Assembly (NCBI GenBank): GCA_005222965.1
Contig: NJBG01000001.1
Span: 737,533-801,532, forward strand
Length of the DNA stretch: 64,000 nt
DNA from: Candidatus Woesearchaeota archaeon B3_Woes
Lineage (GTDB): Archaea > Nanobdellota > Nanobdellia > Woesearchaeales > B3-WOES
Direction: 5' to 3'
Every line of letters begins with the position of its first letter. Within the stretch, counting starts at the first letter, position 1. The notes under the pieces were generated by a model. It had not been told where the DNA came from and ran no database searches. It saw nothing but the letters and a program-made list of their open reading frames with translations. This document shows positions 58,987 to 64,000 of this stretch, piece after piece. The position numbers were made by a program, and so were the translations under genes.

Positions 58987-60495
58987 ATGGATGATAAACA
59001 ACCTTCAGGACTTTCTGCAGAAGAACTTTTTGAAAGAGGGATTGGTATAACCTATGATGATTTTACAATCCTAGACACTATTTTTACTGATATTGATAGA
59101 GAAGATATAACTCTAAAATCAGAACTAGGAAATGGTATATATCTACAAACACCAATAATCGCTTCTCCAATGGATACTGTTACAAATGCAGAATTGTGTA
59201 TTGCGATTGCATTAGAAGGAGGAATTGGGTGTATACATTATAATTATAAAAACCAAGATGGTTCATCTGATATTGATGAACAAATAAGAGAAATAGAAAG
59301 AGTAAAAAGATTCAAAAATGGATTTATAGAACATCCAATCACAGTATCATCTGATCAGACTATTGGTCAGGTAATAGAGCTAATAGCAGAAAACAGAATT
59401 GGAAAATCAGGATTTAAGATAGACACTTTTCCTGTTACATATGCTGGTGAACCACATGGGAGATTGGTTGGACTATTAAGAAAACAAGATTACTCTAGAA
59501 CACAGCATAGAAGTCTCAAAGTTAGAGAGAGAATGCTTCCATTAGAGAAATTAATAAAAGCAGAATGGCCAATAACACTTCAAGAAGCCAACAAAATACT
59601 TTGGGATTCACATATTTCCTCTCTTTGTGTTACAGAAGGTGAAAAATTAAAATACTTAGTTACTCGTAGCGATCTTGATAAACATGAAGAGTATCCTCTA
59701 GCAACAATTGATGATAACAAAAGATTAAGAGTATTGTTTGCAGTAGGAACAAGACCCGAACAAGGATATGAAATACTTGAAAGAGGTTTTGCAGCAGGAG
59801 CAGATGGTTGTATAGTTGATACCTCTCAAGGATTTACTAAACATTCAGCCGGCATGTTAAAATATATTATTAAAAACTATTCTGATAAATTAATAATTGG
59901 GGGGAATATATCAACAAAAGAAGCTTATGAATATCTAAACAAACTAGGAACACATGCTGATAGAGATGGTCAAGGGGGTGGTTCTATATGTACAACAGCA
60001 GGATCAATAGGTATAGCCAGAGCAGCAGCAGCAGCGGTTTACCATTGTGCAAAACAACAAGGGAATATGAGAACACTTGCAGATGGAGGGATAAAGCATG
60101 TTGGAGATATTGTAAAAGCACAATCTAATGGAGCAAGCATCGTAGTGCTTGGTAAAATGCTTGCTGGAACAGAAGAAAGCCCAGGGGAAACAATAGTTGA
60201 TCCTGAATCAGGATTACTTGTAAAAATTTATAGGGGGATGGGTTCACCAGAAGCAAATGTTGGAGGAATAAGAGGATATAAAAAACTTCCACAAGGCATT
60301 ACAGGACACGTTCAATATAGAGGATCTATTCATAAATGGATTCCTTTAATAAGAGATGGAATGATTTCAGCATATCACGTTCTTAATTGTAGAGATATAA
60401 ATGAATTACATAAAAAAGTGTATAATGGCGAAATAAGATTTGAAAGAAGAACAATTGGTTCTTCACAAGAAAGCAAAACTAATGTTTTAAAATAA
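58987..60495 (+). CDS. guaB: IMP dehydrogenase
   Basis: SPMDTVT, CBS region, GSICTT, ADGGI, YRGMGS. Confidence 0.93.
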   Translation: MDDKQPSGLSAEELFERGIGITYDDFTILDTIFTDIDREDITLKSELGNGIYLQTPIIASPMDTVTNAELCIAIALEGGIGCIHYNYKNQDGSSDIDEQIREIERVKRFKNGFIEHPITVSSDQTIGQVIELIAENRIGKSGFKIDTFPVTYAGEPHGRLVGLLRKQDYSRTQHRSLKVRERMLPLEKLIKAEWPITLQEANKILWDSHISSLCVTEGEKLKYLVTRSDLDKHEEYPLATIDDNKRLRVLFAVGTRPEQGYEILERGFAAGADGCIVDTSQGFTKHSAGMLKYIIKNYSDKLIIGGNISTKEAYEYLNKLGTHADRDGQGGGSICTTAGSIGIARAAAAAVYHCAKQQGNMRTLADGGIKHVGDIVKAQSNGASIVVLGKMLAGTEESPGETIVDPESGLLVKIYRGMGSPEANVGGIRGYKKLPQGITGHVQYRGSIHKWIPLIRDGMISAYHVLNCRDINELHKKVYNGEIRFERRTIGSSQESKTNVLK

Positions 60496-60512
60496 TAAAG
60501 AGGAAACAAAAA

Positions 60513-62276
60513 ATGTCAACATTTTTTCAACAAGAACAACAACTATTTGAAGCGTTAAAAAATACACTACCAGTAGAAGCCTTAAGACATCAAACAGGTT
60601 TAGATTTTATAGTTCTTTCTAGAGACAAAGTTCTACACCCTTTAGTTGCCAAAAACGATATTATTGTTGTAGCAGGAAGTTATTTTGGTGATGAAGGCAA
60701 AGGAAAGATAACAGATGCTGTAGCTCAAGACGAATTAGTCGAAATAATAACAAGAATGAATTCAGGAGAAAACGCAGGCCACACAGTTTGCCACAACGAT
60801 AAAAAATATGTATTCCATCTCACTCCTTCTGGAATTATGGTTCCTGACAAACAAGTTTTTATAGGTCCTGAATGTGTCATGGATCCTATTAGTTTTGTAG
60901 AGAAAGAAGTAAGTAGTTTAACTCAAATTGCTCCAGATTATAAAGAAAGATTCAAAATAGGTAATGTGCATATTGTAGGACCATACCATAAAATAATGGA
61001 TTTTGCACTAAGTAAATCAAACTCATCAACACTTATGGGTATGTCATATGTTCATGCATCAAAATCCAGAAAAAAATGTTTAAGATTAGATGATTTATTT
61101 AATTCTAGAGATTTCCAAGCAAAAACACTTAAAGGAGATTTAGCAACATACCATGCTTTAATCAAACACAGCAAACAATCAGAAGAACAAATTCTGGATA
61201 ATCTTCGAGAATTCTCAGAAATAAGAAAAATCCCAGATCATCTTTTTGAATTTTTAGAAGTAAGGGATAAAGTAGAATTTATAATAGATTTATACAGAAG
61301 AAACGTTGTTGAAAATCCTGATTTCCCAGAAAGAGCAGATGTAAATCATGCCATAAACCAAGGATTAGAACAAGGAAAAAAGGTTCTTATAGAATCTCCT
61401 CAATCATTCTGGCTGTCAAATGCTACTGAAAAACATTGGAGATCTGCAACTTCTGCACAAACACACGCTGCAGGAGTATTAGCAAGTACAGAAATAAACA
61501 CTAGCAAATACACTTATGTAGTCATAAACATTGCAAAAACACCAGGAGATTCAAGAGTAGGCATAGGCGCAAATCCTTCTTCATATGTTCCACAAAATTA
61601 TTTCTCATCTCACAAACCACCAATAAACAATCTAGATGATTTAGGAGATGCTTGTATTGATTTTGATACAATCCAAAAAAAGTATTTTACTTCAATTCAA
61701 AGTAACGGTACATTAAGACCAACAGAATATACAGATAAAACAGGAACATATTCAATATCAGAAGCAATAGCAATTTCATCATCCAGAAAATTTGGAGAAA
61801 AAGGAGCAACAACAAAAAAACCAAGAGTTTTAGGTGTTTTTGATTGTGTTGCAGCATATCAAGTAAACAAAGCACAAGGTCCACACCTATCCTTATCAGC
61901 AATGGACAGAGGAGATCATCAGGATTTTGTTGGACTAACAGTAGCATATATATATCATAATCCTTCTGAAGAATCAACTGATTCCAATGGAATAACATAT
62001 AATAATGGAGATATAATCAAAATTGGAGACCCTTTCCCTTTCGATAATGTACTAAAACACTGCTATCCTATTGTAAAAGTCATGCCAGGATGGAAAGATA
62101 CGCCAATAGCAGCAGATAAAAGAAATCCAGACGACAAATTACCAAGAAATATACAAAACTTTATTGGAACAATAGAATCTTTAACAGGATTTAGTGTATT
62201 AGGGATAGGCAATGGGCAAAACACCGATGATATGATATATATTAAAAGAAAAAACAATTCAGAAATAGTAATATAA
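60513..62276 (+). CDS. purA: Adenylosuccinate synthetase, long form
   Basis: FGDEGKGK, GENAGHT, FHLTPSG, GATTKKPR, MPGW. Confidence 0.9.
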   Translation: MSTFFQQEQQLFEALKNTLPVEALRHQTGLDFIVLSRDKVLHPLVAKNDIIVVAGSYFGDEGKGKITDAVAQDELVEIITRMNSGENAGHTVCHNDKKYVFHLTPSGIMVPDKQVFIGPECVMDPISFVEKEVSSLTQIAPDYKERFKIGNVHIVGPYHKIMDFALSKSNSSTLMGMSYVHASKSRKKCLRLDDLFNSRDFQAKTLKGDLATYHALIKHSKQSEEQILDNLREFSEIRKIPDHLFEFLEVRDKVEFIIDLYRRNVVENPDFPERADVNHAINQGLEQGKKVLIESPQSFWLSNATEKHWRSATSAQTHAAGVLASTEINTSKYTYVVINIAKTPGDSRVGIGANPSSYVPQNYFSSHKPPINNLDDLGDACIDFDTIQKKYFTSIQSNGTLRPTEYTDKTGTYSISEAIAISSSRKFGEKGATTKKPRVLGVFDCVAAYQVNKAQGPHLSLSAMDRGDHQDFVGLTVAYIYHNPSEESTDSNGITYNNGDIIKIGDPFPFDNVLKHCYPIVKVMPGWKDTPIAADKRNPDDKLPRNIQNFIGTIESLTGFSVLGIGNGQNTDDMIYIKRKNNSEIVI

Positions 62277-62328
62277 TCCATATATTATTCAGAAACTTTA
62301 TAAATAACAATCCAATTATTCTTATGGC

Positions 62329-63621
62329 ATGGTTGAAGCAAATCCACAATCTATTGAATTAAACAACACAATAAAGAATAATAGTTCTATCTACGATTTA
62401 ATATCTAACAGAGGTAAATTAATATTCTTTCCTAGAAAAGAAGTTATGGCCCAATCAGCAGATGCAAAAGGTAAAAAAATAAACGCTACAATGGGCATAG
62501 CTTTAGAAGAAGATCTATCTCTAATGCGTCTAAAATCAATAGCTAAATTAATAAAAAAGCTTGATCCAAAAGAAATTTTTACTTATACATCTAGTTTTGG
62601 AAAACCAGAACTAAGAGAAAAATGGAAAGAAAAAATATATGAAAAAAATCCATCTTTAGAATTAGAAACAAGTCTGCCTATAACAACAAACGGTATAACT
62701 CATGGATTAAGTCTTGCAGGATACCTTTTCATAAACCCCGGAGATAAAATAATCATCCCAGATAAACTTTGGGAAAACTATGAACTTATTTTTACTAATA
62801 CATATGGTGCAGAACTAGACAAATTTAATACATTTAAAGATAAAAAATTTGATCTAGAAAGTTTCAAAAACAAATTAAATAAAGGAGAAATCGGAAAAAA
62901 AATAATTCTCTTAAATTTTCCAAACAACCCAACAGGATATACTTTAACAGCAGGAGAAGCAGAAAAAATAGCTGAAATAGTAAAAGAATCAGCTGAAAAA
63001 GGAAATAAAATTCTTGTTATAACAGATGATGCTTATTTTGGTCTAGTCTATAGACAAGGAGTTTACAAAGAATCAATCTTTACAAAACTAGCAAACCTCC
63101 ATCAAAATATCTTGGCAGTTAAAATCGACGGTGCAACAAAAGAAGATTATGTATGGGGATTTAGGGTTGGATTCATCACCTTTGGAATAAAAGACGCTAA
63201 CAAAGACCTTTACAAAGCCTTAGAAAACAAAACAGCAGGTGCTGTTCGTTCAACAATATCAACCGCACCACATCTATCACAATCACTAGTATTAAAGGCA
63301 TTTAACTCTAAAAAATATCAAAAAGAAAAGCAAGAAAAATATGAATTATTGAAATCAAGATATCAAGAAGTTAAAAGAGTTTTACAAGACGAAAAATATT
63401 CTGAATTCTTTAAACCACTACCTTTTAATTCAGGATATTTCATGTGCATAGAATTAAACACAGATGCAGAAAAAGTAAGACAAACACTACTGGAAAAATA
63501 TTCAACAGGAGTAATTGCAATGGGAAATCTCTTAAGAATAGCTTTCTCAGCACTATCAAAAAATCAAATACAAGAATTATTTGATAATATTTATAAAGCT
63601 TGTAAAGAACAAGGAAATTAA
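62329..63621 (+). CDS. Class I/II PLP aminotransferase
   Basis: NFPNNPTGY, DDAYFG, GATKE..WGFRVG. Confidence 0.9.
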   Translation: MVEANPQSIELNNTIKNNSSIYDLISNRGKLIFFPRKEVMAQSADAKGKKINATMGIALEEDLSLMRLKSIAKLIKKLDPKEIFTYTSSFGKPELREKWKEKIYEKNPSLELETSLPITTNGITHGLSLAGYLFINPGDKIIIPDKLWENYELIFTNTYGAELDKFNTFKDKKFDLESFKNKLNKGEIGKKIILLNFPNNPTGYTLTAGEAEKIAEIVKESAEKGNKILVITDDAYFGLVYRQGVYKESIFTKLANLHQNILAVKIDGATKEDYVWGFRVGFITFGIKDANKDLYKALENKTAGAVRSTISTAPHLSQSLVLKAFNSKKYQKEKQEKYELLKSRYQEVKRVLQDEKYSEFFKPLPFNSGYFMCIELNTDAEKVRQTLLEKYSTGVIAMGNLLRIAFSALSKNQIQELFDNIYKACKEQGN

Positions 63622-63622
63622 G

Positions 63623-64000
63623 ATGGAACCCAATAAAACAAACTTTTCTTTTTACAATAAACAAGTAATAATCAAAAGTAATGGCGAAATTTGTAAAAAT
63701 TCAAGGGATTTAACTAAAACAGAATTATTCAAAAATATAATTCATAGATTTCTAGAGGATCTTAGAGAAAGAGACTCCCCTTTTCTAAATGTGTTTCCAG
63801 AAAAAATGTCTAAAAGTGAACAAGAAAAAACCATGATAAATCTTTTACAAAAACTTTCAGAATCACCTAAGGAAAAAATAATTAAAACAGCACCAGAATT
63901 TACTGATTTTTTCAAAGATAATTACTTGCTTCACCAGTTTGTTGAAGAGCTATATGACTACTGGCGTAACTTTGAGAGGTTTTTTGTATGTTATTCAACA
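63623..64000 (+). CDS. Partial gene, probably an atypical PEP carboxykinase-like protein
   Basis: Open frame to the window end; FVEELYDYWRNFERF resembles an N-terminal motif I recall from this family. Confidence 0.5.
   Translation, partial: MEPNKTNFSFYNKQVIIKSNGEICKNSRDLTKTELFKNIIHRFLEDLRERDSPFLNVFPEKMSKSEQEKTMINLLQKLSESPKEKIIKTAPEFTDFFKDNYLLHQFVEELYDYWRNFERFFVCYST

Overview
AT-rich archaeal DNA, most likely a DPANN/Woesearchaeota-like genome. This is an inference from archaeal PolB, Dph2, Rad50, TFIIB-type Zn ribbons, BRE/TATA promoters, class III signal peptides and a bacterial-type ThrRS. Housekeeping blocks (U32, dph2, thrS, mscS; polB, trxB, subtilase, rad50, guaB, purA) flank two accessory zones. 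(1) At 7.6-23.3 kb, the last ~15-22 codons of a cupredoxin-like membrane gene recur five times as direct repeats. The copies differ largely at synonymous positions and exactly delimit four cargo cassettes: a nucleotidyltransferase trio, an MNT-HEPN pair, an AbiE-like pair, and a ~10.8 kb radical-SAM/AlaRS-like biosynthetic cluster. No integrase is present in the window. The same displaced-gene-tail signature brackets another MNT-HEPN pair at 44.9-46.1 kb. (2) At 24.6-43.5 kb lies a cluster of giant pilin-signal/secreted surface proteins with internal Gly/Ala-rich hydrophobic segments. Other observations are an in-frame twin-hairpin insertion in the U32 gene, an mscS gene lacking a canonical start, and a candidate CCUCC-loop sRNA. 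No rRNA, tRNA or CRISPR array was recognised. All family calls come from motif recognition, not database searches.
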